A DNA stretch of 64,000 bases, taken from positions 19,662 through 83,661 of the forward strand of contig CAMBUO010000002.1 of NCBI GenBank assembly GCA_945871105.1. Reading direction: 5' to 3'. Numbering within the stretch: position 1 is the first letter of the stretch; each line of letters begins with the position of its first letter. The notes beneath the pieces were generated by a model that saw only the letters and a program-made list of their open reading frames with translations, made no database searches and had not been told where the DNA came from. Made by a program: the position numbers and the translations under genes. This DNA comes from an uncultured Clostridia bacterium (lineage in GTDB: Bacteria; Bacillota_I; Bacilli_A; RF39; UBA660). This document shows positions 37,784 to 49,382 of this stretch, in pieces.

Positions 37784-38353
37784 CTACCTTATATATTCTA
37801 ATAATTCTTTTAAATCAGAAATTTTTATAACTTCAGAAGAAATACTTTTATAAAGACCTATATCTAAACAAAAAACTTTAATATTCAAAGTTGCTACATT
37901 TAAACAATTAGCTAAATTATCATCAATAAAATAACTAATATTTTCTTCTTCACATACTTTTCTTTTATCCAAACTATTAACAATTAATTTATCAAAAGGA
38001 ATTTTCTTTTGAACTAAATAATCATAAGAAATTTGATAAGGATTACTATAATATTTATCACTTCTAGCTGTTATAATAACTATTTCATAACCTCTTCTTT
38101 TTAATTCATTAAGTGTTTCAAGAGCATTAATTCTTAATCTAGCTTTTTTAACTACTTCTAATCGATAATTTTTCAAAAAATAATCTCTTTCCTCACTAGA
38201 CCAATCAAACTTTTCACCAAGTAAAGCTTTATCAAAATTAACAATTCCCTTTCCTCTTAAAGTTTTATCATATTTAAAAGCTAATTTTAGTAAATCATCT
38301 TGAATATCTGTTAAAGTATCATCTAAATCTATTCCTATTTTCATAATCACCAC
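37784..38353 (-). CDS. HAD-superfamily 5'(3')-nucleotidase-like hydrolase
   Basis: Motif I IGIDLDDTLTD, motif II VIITARS, motif IV FIDDN. The start is ambiguous (GTG at 38353 or ATG at 38344). Confidence 0.65.
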   Translation of the reverse strand: MVIMKIGIDLDDTLTDIQDDLLKLAFKYDKTLRGKGIVNFDKALLGEKFDWSSEERDYFLKNYRLEVVKKARLRINALETLNELKRRGYEIVIITARSDKYYSNPYQISYDYLVQKKIPFDKLIVNSLDKRKVCEEENISYFIDDNLANCLNVATLNIKVFCLDIGLYKSISSEVIKISDLKELLEYIR

Positions 38354-38375
38354 AAGATTATTCTATCATAAAAAA

Positions 38376-39215
38376 TTATTTATTAAAATCTTCAATAATT
38401 TTTAAAATCTTCTTAATTTCTAGAATACTTTCTTTATCTTGATACTTAACTTTAATTAATTCTAAAGTATTACAATCTTTTTTTAAATGATGATATTTCT
38501 TAACTAACTTATCTTTCACAATAACAATTGATTCTTCATCAGTTATAAAATGATTACTATTAACATTCATAATTCCATAAATATTAACCTGATTAATTCT
38601 ATTTCTAATTCTTTTAAGATATTTATTTAATCCAGAATTTACTAAACTTTCATAGATAAGCATACTATATAAAACATTCTCGATATCTTTATTCTTAACC
38701 TTAATTAAATAACTATATCTATTTTTAAACTTAGCATAGTTTAAAATAACATATTCTTTAAAATGCTTATCATAATTATTTTTAATTATCTTTTTATCTT
38801 TAATATTACTATTTTTAAATAATTGATATAAATAAAGAATAACTAAAACCCAAATAAAGTTTTTAAACTCATTAATATTAAAAAAAGCATTATCAACCGG
38901 TAATAAATAAAAATTATAAATAATTAAACCTATAATAAAAGTAATTAAAATATTTTTAAAATAAATGCTATCTTCTATTAAACTTTCTTTTTGAGATAAA
39001 ACATAAGTATTAATAATATCAAATAATAAATATAAAATAAGAATAATTAAAGTATAGTTTTTTAAACTAGTAAATACTGATGCAACAAGAATTAGATAAA
39101 TATTTGGAAATAAATAAATTAAACTATCTTCCTTAGTTTTATTTTTAATCACTTCCATCATAATAAATAATAATAAAGCTAATAATATTTCATAAATAAC
39201 AATAAAAAAATTCAT
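38376..39215 (-). CDS. Hypothetical polytopic membrane protein
   Basis: 279 aa. Four or five hydrophobic helices in the N-terminal half and a soluble C-terminal half. No motif recognised. Confidence 0.5.
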   Translation of the reverse strand: MNFFIVIYEILLALLLFIMMEVIKNKTKEDSLIYLFPNIYLILVASVFTSLKNYTLIILILYLLFDIINTYVLSQKESLIEDSIYFKNILITFIIGLIIYNFYLLPVDNAFFNINEFKNFIWVLVILYLYQLFKNSNIKDKKIIKNNYDKHFKEYVILNYAKFKNRYSYLIKVKNKDIENVLYSMLIYESLVNSGLNKYLKRIRNRINQVNIYGIMNVNSNHFITDEESIVIVKDKLVKKYHHLKKDCNTLELIKVKYQDKESILEIKKILKIIEDFNK

Positions 39216-39302
39216 AATAACCCCCTTAAGAATAGTTATTATTCTATCATAATTTAAAAAAAATACAAGTCAATAATTTATAATTATATTTTTTTCCTTT
39301 TA

Positions 39303-39309
39303 TTCGACA
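39303..39309 (-). promoter_or_regulatory. Spo0A box upstream of spoIIGA
   Basis: TTCGACA on the plus strand is the reverse complement of the consensus 0A box TGTCGAA. It sits ~45 nt upstream of the spoIIGA ATG. The B. subtilis spoIIG promoter depends on Spo0A. Confidence 0.45.
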
Positions 39310-39352
39310 AAATAATCCTTAGTAATGAGATAAACTAAATGAGGTGATTAAA

Positions 39353-40126
39353 ATGAAACTATATCTTGATTTAATTTTTATTATCAATATCTGGTTTGAT
39401 TTTTTAATCCTTTTAACAGTAGCAATATTACTAAAAAGAAATATTAAAATTAAAAGAATAATACTAGGTAGTTTATTCGGTGGTTTAACTTTCTTTATTT
39501 TATTTTTCAAACTTAATACTCTAGAGTTAATGATATACAAAGTAATAATTAGTATTTTCATGTGTTTAATTACTTTTTCTTTTAAAAATATTAAATATAG
39601 TTTTAGTAATTTAAGTTACTTTTATTTAGTTAGTATTATCTTAGGAGGTGGTATGTATTTATTAAATGATTCTTTTGTTACTAGTAATGGTTTAGTTTTT
39701 AAAAATAACTTTAACTTTAATTATTTATTTTTATTTATTTTCAGTCCGATAATTATTTTTATTTATATAAAACAAAGTTTAAAATTAAAAAATAATTATA
39801 GTAATTATCATAAAGTAGATATTTTATATAAAAATAAATTATATCATTTAAATGGTTATTTAGATACTGGTAATAATTTATTTGATCCTTATAAAAAAAG
39901 AAATATTATTTTAGTTAAATTAAATCTTAATTATTCTTTAGAAGATGTTATTTATACTCCTTATGAAAGTTTAAATAATGTTGGGGTTATTAAATGTTTA
40001 TGTGTAGATAAAATATTTGTTGATCAAAAAGAATTTAAGAATTATTTAATTGGTCTTAGTAATGATAAGTTTAGACTTGAAGGAATTAATTGTATTTTAC
40101 ATAATAGTATGAAAGGAGAATTATGA
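39353..40126 (+). CDS. spoIIGA: Sigma-E processing aspartic peptidase SpoIIGA
   Basis: Start refined to MKLYLDLIFIINIWFDFLILL, with GAGGTGA SD 5 nt upstream. Five TM helices. Catalytic GYLDTGNNLFDP. Confidence 0.9.
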   Translation: MKLYLDLIFIINIWFDFLILLTVAILLKRNIKIKRIILGSLFGGLTFFILFFKLNTLELMIYKVIISIFMCLITFSFKNIKYSFSNLSYFYLVSIILGGGMYLLNDSFVTSNGLVFKNNFNFNYLFLFIFSPIIIFIYIKQSLKLKNNYSNYHKVDILYKNKLYHLNGYLDTGNNLFDPYKKRNIILVKLNLNYSLEDVIYTPYESLNNVGVIKCLCVDKIFVDQKEFKNYLIGLSNDKFRLEGINCILHNSMKGEL

Positions 40127-40818
40127 TAGGAATACTTAATTTAATTGGTTTAATTAGTTGTTTTATTGAAAAGAAAGGTAGTTTATTTTATGTAGGTGCA
40201 ACGGATAAATTACCTCCCCCACTAACAAGAGAAGAAGAAGAATATTATTTGGTGTTAGCAAGTGATGGCGATAGTTTTGCCAGGGATAAGTTAATTGAAC
40301 ATAATTTAAGATTAGTTGTATTTTTAGCTAAAAAATATGAAAATACTGGAGTTGATTTAGAAGATTTAGTTAGTATTGGAACCATTGGTTTAATGAAAGG
40401 TGTTAAAACTTTTAGTATGGATAAAAATATTAAATTAGCAACTTATGCTTCACGTTGTATTGATAATGAAATATTAATGTTTTTAAGAAAAAATAAAAAA
40501 ATTAAAACTGAGATTAGTTTTGATGAAAGTTTAAGTTTTGATGCTGATGGAAATGAACTACATTTAGAAGATGTTTTAGGTACTGCTCCAGATTTAGTTA
40601 CTAAACCTTTAGAAGATGAAGTAAATAAAAAGTTAATGTTAGATGAAATTGAAAAATTATCCGAGAGAGACAAAGAAATAATTACTCTTCGTTATGGTTT
40701 AAATGGTAGAATGGAAAAAACACAAAAAGAAGTAGCTGAATTATTAGGAATTAGTCAGTCTTATATATCAAGAATTGAAAAAAAAGTTATAAAAAGATTA
40801 AAAAATATTGTTAAGTAA
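40123..40818 (+). CDS. sigE: Sporulation sigma factor pro-sigma-E
   Basis: Pro-sequence followed by YVGATDKLPPPLTREEE, ERNLRLVV-like region 2, KLATYASRCIDNEILMFLR, and GISQSYISRIEKKVIKRL. Translationally coupled to spoIIGA. Confidence 0.92.
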   Translation: MIGILNLIGLISCFIEKKGSLFYVGATDKLPPPLTREEEEYYLVLASDGDSFARDKLIEHNLRLVVFLAKKYENTGVDLEDLVSIGTIGLMKGVKTFSMDKNIKLATYASRCIDNEILMFLRKNKKIKTEISFDESLSFDADGNELHLEDVLGTAPDLVTKPLEDEVNKKLMLDEIEKLSERDKEIITLRYGLNGRMEKTQKEVAELLGISQSYISRIEKKVIKRLKNIVK

Positions 40819-40866
40819 TTGACAATATCTTTTTTTACGTATAAGATATTATTGGTTGGTGTTCTT

Positions 40867-41202
40867 ATGAGTCTTGATAAAATAGTCTTTATTTTAGAAA
40901 ATAAATTTAGGTATTTAAGTTCAGAAGAATTAGTTTATAAAGCCCTTCAAGATAATTTTTTAGTATCTAAATTAGCTATTCAAGAGTTAGTGAGAAGAAA
41001 TCCAATGGTTATAGATGTTGATGATTCATTAATTATTAAAGTAATTAATAAAATGACTATTGAAGATATTTGGTCTATTGCTTCTTTAAAAAGAAATACT
41101 AAGTTATTTACTTTTGCTTACCAAAAATTAAATTCTATTTTAGAATACTATGATGAAATATATAAAAAAGATGAAATTAGAAGTAAATTAAAATTATTAT
41201 AA
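40867..41202 (+). CDS. Hypothetical protein (112 aa) in the position usually occupied by sigG
   Basis: ORF with start refined to MSLDKIV (the track starts at a TTG at 40819). No sigma-factor motifs. Confidence 0.45.
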   Translation: MSLDKIVFILENKFRYLSSEELVYKALQDNFLVSKLAIQELVRRNPMVIDVDDSLIIKVINKMTIEDIWSIASLKRNTKLFTFAYQKLNSILEYYDEIYKKDEIRSKLKLL

Positions 41203-41203
41203 T

Positions 41204-41277
41204 GCCGATATAGTTTAGTGGTAAAACAGGTCCTTGGTAAGGATCAGCGGTAAGTTCAATTCTTACTTTCGGCACCA
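41204..41277 (+). tRNA. tRNA-Thr (anticodon GGT)
   Basis: Hand-folded cloverleaf. Acceptor GCCGATA/TTTCGGC with one T-T mismatch. D arm GTTT-AGTGGTA-AAAC. Anticodon stem GGTCC/GGATC with loop TTGGTAA. T arm GTAAG-TTCAATT-CTTAC. Encoded ACCA 3' end. Confidence 0.8.
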
Positions 41278-41316
41278 GATTGATTGTTACTCGAACTTTT
41301 CGAGCTAAATAAAAAT

Positions 41317-41352
41317 ACTACTTTCAAATTAAATTGAAAGTAGTTTTATTTT
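41317..41352 (+). terminator. Rho-independent terminator after tRNA-Thr
   Basis: ACTACTTTCAA-attaaa-TTGAAAGTAGT followed by TTTATTTT. Confidence 0.7.
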
Positions 41353-41656
41353 ACAACTTATAACATTTGCAAATTAACATAGCAATTAACTTTTATATAC
41401 ACGAATAACTTAAGATTTTTAATAATAGTTTTTTAAAACTATAATTTTTTTTGATCAAATTTTATGATTGCAATAGTTCTATTTGGTATGTATTATCAAA
41501 CTTTATACTAATTTCAAATCTATTTTAATTAAATCTATAATTAAATTATAACTAACAACTTCTTGATTTATATGACAATTATTTTTCTTTAAAAATTTAT
41601 TCAAACGTATTCTACTAATTGAATATGGAGAATAACTATATTTAATTTCACTCCCA

Positions 41657-43566
<1,910 letters not shown>

Positions 43567-43571
43567 TCATA

Positions 43572-43600
43572 ATTATACATGAATAATTATTTTAAAACAA
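43572..43600 (-). promoter_or_regulatory. Putative sigma-A promoter of purA
   Basis: On the minus strand: TTGTTT, 17-nt spacer, (TG)TATAAT. Confidence 0.4.
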
Positions 43601-43662
43601 TTAAGTGGACAAATAAATTTATTTTTTTTATCGAAATAATTATAACTTATTTTTAATAAACA

Positions 43663-43693
43663 CCAAAAAATCTCGTTTAATAGACGAGATTTT
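43663..43693 (-). terminator. Rho-independent terminator after the 43706-45631 gene
   Basis: AAAATCTCG / CGAGATTTT stem with a 9-nt loop, followed by a T-run on the minus strand. Confidence 0.6.
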
Positions 43694-43705
43694 AACTATT
43701 ATTTT

Positions 43706-45631
43706 TTAAAGATTATTTCTTTTTTTTAAATACATAACTATTGCTATAAACATTATTGAACTAACTAAAACAGCAATTAAATAAATAGTTAAGTTATCTA
43801 ATGTTTGTGGGTTATTAATACTTGTCGGTGTATAGAAATTAAGTTCAAAAGTTGAAAAACTTTCAGTTTCTATTTCAACATATTTTTGACCATTTTCTTC
43901 TTTAATTTCATATTCTTTTGTATCAACAATGGTATCACCTGATTTATGAATTACTTTAACATGAGTATCTGTTATTTCGTTTAGAACAGGTAATTTAATT
44001 TTTATTTTTCCTTTAATTGCTGAATTTGGAACTACACCTACTTCATCATTATCAACTAGATATACTGGTTTAATATCAAATACTAAAGTTTTATTATCTT
44101 TATCATAAGATTTTAGAGTAGTATTTAATTTAACTTCAACTAAATAAGCATTGGCTGCATATTCAAGTTCAGATACTTCAATTGCTTCTAGAAGACCAGT
44201 TTTAGAATTATCTAGTTTTGCTTCTGTTAATTCTTTTTTAACATCAGTTTCAATGCTTTCATCTACTTCTGGAGTAATTGGAAGTAAAACAAGTTTATCT
44301 TCTTGGCTTTCACATTTTGCTATCTCTAAAACAATCGTAACTGGTTTTGCTGGCATAGTAAATTGATTACCAATTATTCTATATTCCGTTTCTTCTCCAA
44401 CTATTTTATAACTAGCTGATTTAAGATAATAACCACTTTCTATTGTATTTTCGATAACTACAGTTTCACCTTCAAGAGCAATTTTTGTTTCTTTTCCACC
44501 TACTAGTACTTTTGTTGTCACATTTTCTTTTTCTTCAACAAAGATATTTTCAACAGAATAAGTTTTATCGCTATTTTGAACTACTTTGTAATTATCTTTT
44601 ACATAATCATCAATTTTAGCAGTGAAAGTACCTTTATTAATTAAGATATCATTTACTCCTAAAGTATCAATTGTTCCTTTGAATGTTCCACCGTTAATAA
44701 TCAAACTTTCAAGTTTAGAATTTACTACTTCACTTTCCGTTTTTCTTACTATATAATGTTCAATGGCATGATTGTTAACACTTTCATAAGTACCACCGGT
44801 AATAGTAATATTAATTCCCCCAGCATAAGCATTATTCGATTCGATTTGGAACGCTGATCCATCTGATTGAATACCATTACCATCATATATTGGATTCTTT
44901 GCTTCGCCATCTGTTTTAACGATTGTATCTTTTATCTTGAAAACTCCTGCTTTAATAGCAAATCCAGTTGATCCCCCATAGAAAGTTGCTCCTTCAATAT
45001 TCCAAATACCATATCCTGCAGCATAAATAGCATCACCTTCTGATGTTATCTTAGCACTTTTATAGACATTAATAACGGGAGCATTTTCTGTATTTTGGAT
45101 ATCTCCATTAATATAAATACCATGACCTTTATCACCACCGGAATCAGGCATAGATATTAAAGTACCATAAACATTTAAAGTAACACCATAACCAACTTTT
45201 TGATCATTACTTACTTTGTTAATAAAAGCCCCAGACCAACCTTTAATTGTAACATTTTCACCTATCGTTAAAGTAGTATAATTAATATCTTCTTTATTTT
45301 CAGAACCATATAACATAATTGGTGAGTAATCGGCTATATCTTCATACAAAGTACCTGTACCAATTATGTTTAAATTTCCACCCTTAACTGAAAAACATTT
45401 TTTACAAGCAACATTAATATTTTTATCATTTAAATCAATAGTTACTTTTTTATCAACTGTAATAATATCAGTTATTTTAATATTATCAGTTAATTTTACA
45501 TCATTTCCATCAGTAATTGCTGTTTTAAATTCTTCTTCATTTTTAACTTCTTTTACTTCTGCTAATACTTTTGATGGGAAAATAATAGCAAATCCTAGTA
45601 ATAAAGTTAATAATATTTTCTTTATTTTCAT
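43706..45631 (-). CDS. Surface protein with signal peptide, beta-helix-like N-terminal domain and C-terminal NPQT-type anchor
   Basis: Start refined to MKIKKILLTLLLGFAIIFPSKVLAE. Gly/Asn-rich repeats (VYGTLISM..., GIYINGD..., AIYAAGYGIW). C-terminus NNPQTLDNLTIYLIAVLVSSIMFIAIVMYLKKRNNL. Confidence 0.65.
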   Translation of the reverse strand: MKIKKILLTLLLGFAIIFPSKVLAEVKEVKNEEEFKTAITDGNDVKLTDNIKITDIITVDKKVTIDLNDKNINVACKKCFSVKGGNLNIIGTGTLYEDIADYSPIMLYGSENKEDINYTTLTIGENVTIKGWSGAFINKVSNDQKVGYGVTLNVYGTLISMPDSGGDKGHGIYINGDIQNTENAPVINVYKSAKITSEGDAIYAAGYGIWNIEGATFYGGSTGFAIKAGVFKIKDTIVKTDGEAKNPIYDGNGIQSDGSAFQIESNNAYAGGINITITGGTYESVNNHAIEHYIVRKTESEVVNSKLESLIINGGTFKGTIDTLGVNDILINKGTFTAKIDDYVKDNYKVVQNSDKTYSVENIFVEEKENVTTKVLVGGKETKIALEGETVVIENTIESGYYLKSASYKIVGEETEYRIIGNQFTMPAKPVTIVLEIAKCESQEDKLVLLPITPEVDESIETDVKKELTEAKLDNSKTGLLEAIEVSELEYAANAYLVEVKLNTTLKSYDKDNKTLVFDIKPVYLVDNDEVGVVPNSAIKGKIKIKLPVLNEITDTHVKVIHKSGDTIVDTKEYEIKEENGQKYVEIETESFSTFELNFYTPTSINNPQTLDNLTIYLIAVLVSSIMFIAIVMYLKKRNNL

Positions 45632-45720
45632 CTCTCCTCCTATTATCTTAATAATAGCACTTATAAGAAAAAAAATCAATAGAATTATGAAAATAAATAT
45701 TAAAAAAATAGTAACTAGTA

Positions 45721-46137
45721 CTATTTATTTTGCATCATATTTAATAAATTAATTTTAAACATATCTTTTTCAGGATTAGCTTTACTTATCATAACTCCTT
45801 TATAAGCAGTTAATTCAGCGCGATGTCCTTCTTCTAAGATACCTTCAGGTGTAATATTTGTTAATAAAACAATATTTTTATCTTCATAAACTGTATAATG
45901 TAATTTAATTTCTCCATGAACTTTTACAAACATTTCATCAGTAGGTAAAACTAATTCATAACTTTTAGTATTTTTATCTTGACTAACTAACTCTCCTAAA
46001 AATTCGCCATTACGAATACTTGGATAATATTCAAACGTTAACTTTTTATAAGCTAACATATTATATTTACGTACTGATCTTTCTTTTTTACGAAAATCAT
46101 TTTCATTTTGGTATTCAAATATATAACCTTGTTTCAT
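45721..46137 (-). CDS. Hypothetical protein (138 aa)
   Basis: ORF with start refined to MKQGYIFEY. No recognisable domain. Confidence 0.45.
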   Translation of the reverse strand: MKQGYIFEYQNENDFRKKERSVRKYNMLAYKKLTFEYYPSIRNGEFLGELVSQDKNTKSYELVLPTDEMFVKVHGEIKLHYTVYEDKNIVLLTNITPEGILEEGHRAELTAYKGVMISKANPEKDMFKINLLNMMQNK

Positions 46138-46235
46138 ATTATTCAACCCCTTTAAACCCCATATTTTTACTAAATTCTTGGTAATACCCCTATCTACCAA
46201 GTTCTCGATAATTATACTATAAAGGAGTTAAAAAG

Positions 46236-47132
46236 TCAAACTTTTTTCAAATTTTCACCATATTTTTGTACCATAGAAACAATTTTTCGAAGATAAACTA
46301 AATAATTATTAATATTATAACAATCTTGATAAGTATTTTTACTAAATTCTATCTTTTTTAACATAGCTAAATTTATTAAGAAAAATAAGTATTCATTATT
46401 ATTAATTCTATTTTCTCTTTCATATTCTCTTAAAAAATCTTCTAAGTTTAAATCATAATAATTATCTTGATATAATTTTAACATATCAATAATAGGCATA
46501 TCTAATCTTGACTTAGACCAACTAATTAAATATTTATTATCCGATTCTAGAATATGACTTAAATCTAAGTTATTATGAATCATACTATATCTAATCGTTT
46601 TATGTTCTTTTACTTCTTTATACCAATTATCTATTTCTATATGGACAAAATCTAATAAATAATAAATTATATCAATATTTGAAACTAATAAATATTCACT
46701 TGGAGACATAAATACTTTAGTATCAATATAATTATTTAAATCTTCATAATAACTTCGTAAATAATTATTTTTTTTAACAATATCTTCATATATTTTTTTA
46801 ATCTCATCCATATCTATTTCTTTATTAAAACTAGTTTGTCTATGTAAAATACCACTTAAATGAATTAAATCATTTAATCTTTGTTCATCCGGTACTTCTT
46901 TTTCTTCTATGTATTCAACTAATTCTAACTTACTATTTTTAGTATTAACTGTTCTTGGAAAATATTTAAAATCCCTTGTTTTTAGATATTCATAGATATC
47001 ATAGTTATTACTATTTTCTTTAAAAACTAATTTACCTTTATTAGTATCTAAAATAGTTACTTTTCCTAAAGCTTTAAAACTATTTAATTTAATATCATAT
47101 TCTTCTAAAATTTTTTTTAAGTTATTCATCAC
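46236..47132 (-). CDS. CotS/YsxE-family spore-coat kinase-like protein
   Basis: 298 aa. Kinase-like fold hints (IHNNLDLSHIL). Directly follows, and overlaps, a SpoVID-like gene as in the B. subtilis spoVID-ysxE pair. Confidence 0.55.
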   Translation of the reverse strand: MMNNLKKILEEYDIKLNSFKALGKVTILDTNKGKLVFKENSNNYDIYEYLKTRDFKYFPRTVNTKNSKLELVEYIEEKEVPDEQRLNDLIHLSGILHRQTSFNKEIDMDEIKKIYEDIVKKNNYLRSYYEDLNNYIDTKVFMSPSEYLLVSNIDIIYYLLDFVHIEIDNWYKEVKEHKTIRYSMIHNNLDLSHILESDNKYLISWSKSRLDMPIIDMLKLYQDNYYDLNLEDFLREYERENRINNNEYLFFLINLAMLKKIEFSKNTYQDCYNINNYLVYLRKIVSMVQKYGENLKKV

Positions 47133-47769
47133 TACTTGGAATAATTAACTTAGATCCTATTTTTAAATTATCTAAATCATTATAATCAGCTAATATTTCT
47201 TTGTTAACATTAAATTTTTCATAAATTAATTCTAAAGTATCATCTTGTTTCATGGTATAAACCCGGTAAATTGAATATTCTTTAGTATCATCGATTTTAA
47301 ATAGATTACTCTCTTCGTAAGTTTTAGTTTCTTCTTTTACAACAGGTATTTCTTTAATAACTTCATCTAATTCTTGATCTAACATCGTAAATTCTTTAGG
47401 AGTCCTATCATCACTTGCTTCTACTTCAATTGTTTCAATAGGATCTTCTTTTATATCTAAGTCATCTAACATAACACTGATATTAACTTTTAATTTTTCT
47501 TCATTGATTATTTCATAAGAAAAATCATCAATACTAATTAAACAATTAGTTGTATCGTACTTAGTATCAATTGTAATATCAACTGGAACACTATATTTAA
47601 ATTCTTCTTCGGTTTCTCCTCCTAACATTTTATAAGTACCACTTATAATAAATTCTCCATAGACATTATTATTTTCAAGTTTTAAAGTATTATCTAAAGC
47701 AATTGAAGTAATTTCTCCTATTCTTGTTTTAAACATCAAGTCTTTTGTAAAAGGTACTATTTTTTTCAT
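47122..47769 (-). CDS. spoVID: SpoVID-like spore-coat morphogenetic protein with C-terminal LysM
   Basis: C-terminal LysM (YRVYTMKQDDTLELIYEKFNVNKEILADYNDLDNLKIGSKLIIP). N-terminal domain resembles SpoVID-N (IVPFTKDLMFKTRIGEITSI). Acidic middle region. Confidence 0.55.
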   Translation of the reverse strand: MKKIVPFTKDLMFKTRIGEITSIALDNTLKLENNNVYGEFIISGTYKMLGGETEEEFKYSVPVDITIDTKYDTTNCLISIDDFSYEIINEEKLKVNISVMLDDLDIKEDPIETIEVEASDDRTPKEFTMLDQELDEVIKEIPVVKEETKTYEESNLFKIDDTKEYSIYRVYTMKQDDTLELIYEKFNVNKEILADYNDLDNLKIGSKLIIPSSDE

Positions 47770-47825
47770 ATATCCTCCATTTCAATTAATTATATGAAAT
47801 ATTTAATTATTTATAACAAAAAGTA

Positions 47826-48362
47826 TTAGTTATATAAATTATTGTTTTTTATATAAACTAATACTTCTTTAGGAATATTATTTAAAGATTTTCTTGAATC
47901 AGTTGAAGATCCTTTAAATTGTTTTTCTATAATAATAAATTTATCTAAGTAATTACTATAATTATTTTGTAAATAACTATTTATATCAAAGTTATCTCTT
48001 TTAATAATAATTAATATATAGTTATTTAAAATATCTAAATAATTAGAAAAAGTATTAAATTTAAAAAATAAATCACTTCCCATAACTAAATAAGTAATAT
48101 TTAAATTTATCTTGGTTAAAACATCATAGTTAAAGAAACCTTTTTCTTGATAAGTTAAAATATTTAAAACTTCTTCTTGTTTATTTTTAACTAAATTTAA
48201 CATGTTAATTCGCTTATCTAAACTAATAAGATTAGTTTTAGAACTATTAACTGGTAAGAAGTATAAATAATCAATTATCTTTTGTTTTAATAAGTAATTA
48301 GCAATTTCTATATGAGCATTGGTTGGAGGATTAAAGGATCCTACGTATAAACATTTTTTCAT
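47826..48362 (-). CDS. nadD: Nicotinate/nicotinamide mononucleotide adenylyltransferase
   Basis: N-terminal nucleotidyltransferase motif GSFNPPTNAHIEI. 178 aa. Confidence 0.6.
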   Translation of the reverse strand: MKKCLYVGSFNPPTNAHIEIANYLLKQKIIDYLYFLPVNSSKTNLISLDKRINMLNLVKNKQEEVLNILTYQEKGFFNYDVLTKINLNITYLVMGSDLFFKFNTFSNYLDILNNYILIIIKRDNFDINSYLQNNYSNYLDKFIIIEKQFKGSSTDSRKSLNNIPKEVLVYIKNNNLYN

Positions 48363-48380
48363 AGTTAATTAAAAAAGATA

Positions 48381-48563
48381 CTATTCAGCATCTTTCTTGA
48401 TAATTTCTTCTTTCTTATAATATCCACAGTTTTTACAAACACGATGTGGTTTAATCATTTCACCACAATTTGGACAAGAAGTAACTGTTTTTGCTTCTAA
48501 AGCATTGTGTGCTCTTCTCATTCTTTTTCTAGTTTTTGAAACTTTTCTAAATGGTACAGCCAT
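48381..48563 (-). CDS. rpmF: 50S ribosomal protein L32
   Basis: [19 protein letters not shown]... and the CPNCGE...CKNCG zinc ribbon. Confidence 0.95.
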   Translation of the reverse strand: MAVPFRKVSKTRKRMRRAHNALEAKTVTSCPNCGEMIKPHRVCKNCGYYKKEEIIKKDAE

Positions 48564-48578
48564 GTTAACACTCCTTTC

Positions 48579-49013
48579 TTATTCTTTAAAGAAATCTTTA
48601 AATGGATTATTTACTTCCCGAACTTCCTCTTCCAGATAAACATTAGCATATTTATCTTTCAATTCTTGTGCATCACTAGTTGAATACCTAATAGGAATTT
48701 CCAATACAATATAATGCCATAAAAATTCAATTAAATCAAGTGTTTTTAATGAATTTTCTAAATTTTCTGCAATTTCAATCGTAAAATCATAAGGAACAGG
48801 GTCTGTTGTAATAGCATCTGTTAAAATCATTGTTCCTAATACATTTAACTCAATGACATTATTTTTTTCATAATCAACATAAATACTTCCTTGAACTTTA
48901 ACATTATTAAGCGATATAATATCTGTATTTTCAAGATATTCTTTTGCATAATCAATAGTTTCATCTATTAATATTTTATCTTGATAAATCAACTTATTTA
49001 AATCTATTTGCAT
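48579..49013 (-). CDS. YceD/DUF177 family protein
   Basis: Conserved position directly upstream of rpmF. Acidic, ~145 aa. Start refined to MQIDLNKL. Confidence 0.65.
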   Translation of the reverse strand: MQIDLNKLIYQDKILIDETIDYAKEYLENTDIISLNNVKVQGSIYVDYEKNNVIELNVLGTMILTDAITTDPVPYDFTIEIAENLENSLKTLDLIEFLWHYIVLEIPIRYSTSDAQELKDKYANVYLEEEVREVNNPFKDFFKE

Positions 49014-49382
49014 AATGCCTCCTGATACAAGTATTATAATATAAAAAGAAAAAGAAAGCAATCAATAAATGATTGCTAATAAAATACGGAGTCATTTCAA
49101 ATTTATTATTAATTATAAATTCATATTTAGTTAGGCAGGATATTTAAAATTAATATTTGACTCTACTATTATTTCTTCATAAGGATCCTTTTCTTTAATT
49201 GTATACTCATATACATATACTATATTATTGTTTTCATAAAAGTTTAATTTTAATTCTTGCTCTTTAAAATATTAAAATTTATTTTTACGATATTAGGTTT
49301 ATTAAGATTAATTTGAAAATTATTTATTCCTACTGTAAAGTTATCTTGAGTATTATTATTTTTAGTTTTATGATTTTTTCTC

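Noticed and set aside
41353-41656. A 300-bp non-coding stretch after the tRNA terminator, with a small palindrome (ATAGTTTT-ttaa-AAACTAT around 41423-41445) and 15-aa mini-ORFs.
   Set aside because: No conserved riboswitch or sRNA structure is recognisable by eye. The palindrome is AT-only and short. Most likely this is just the promoter/terminator region between convergent units.
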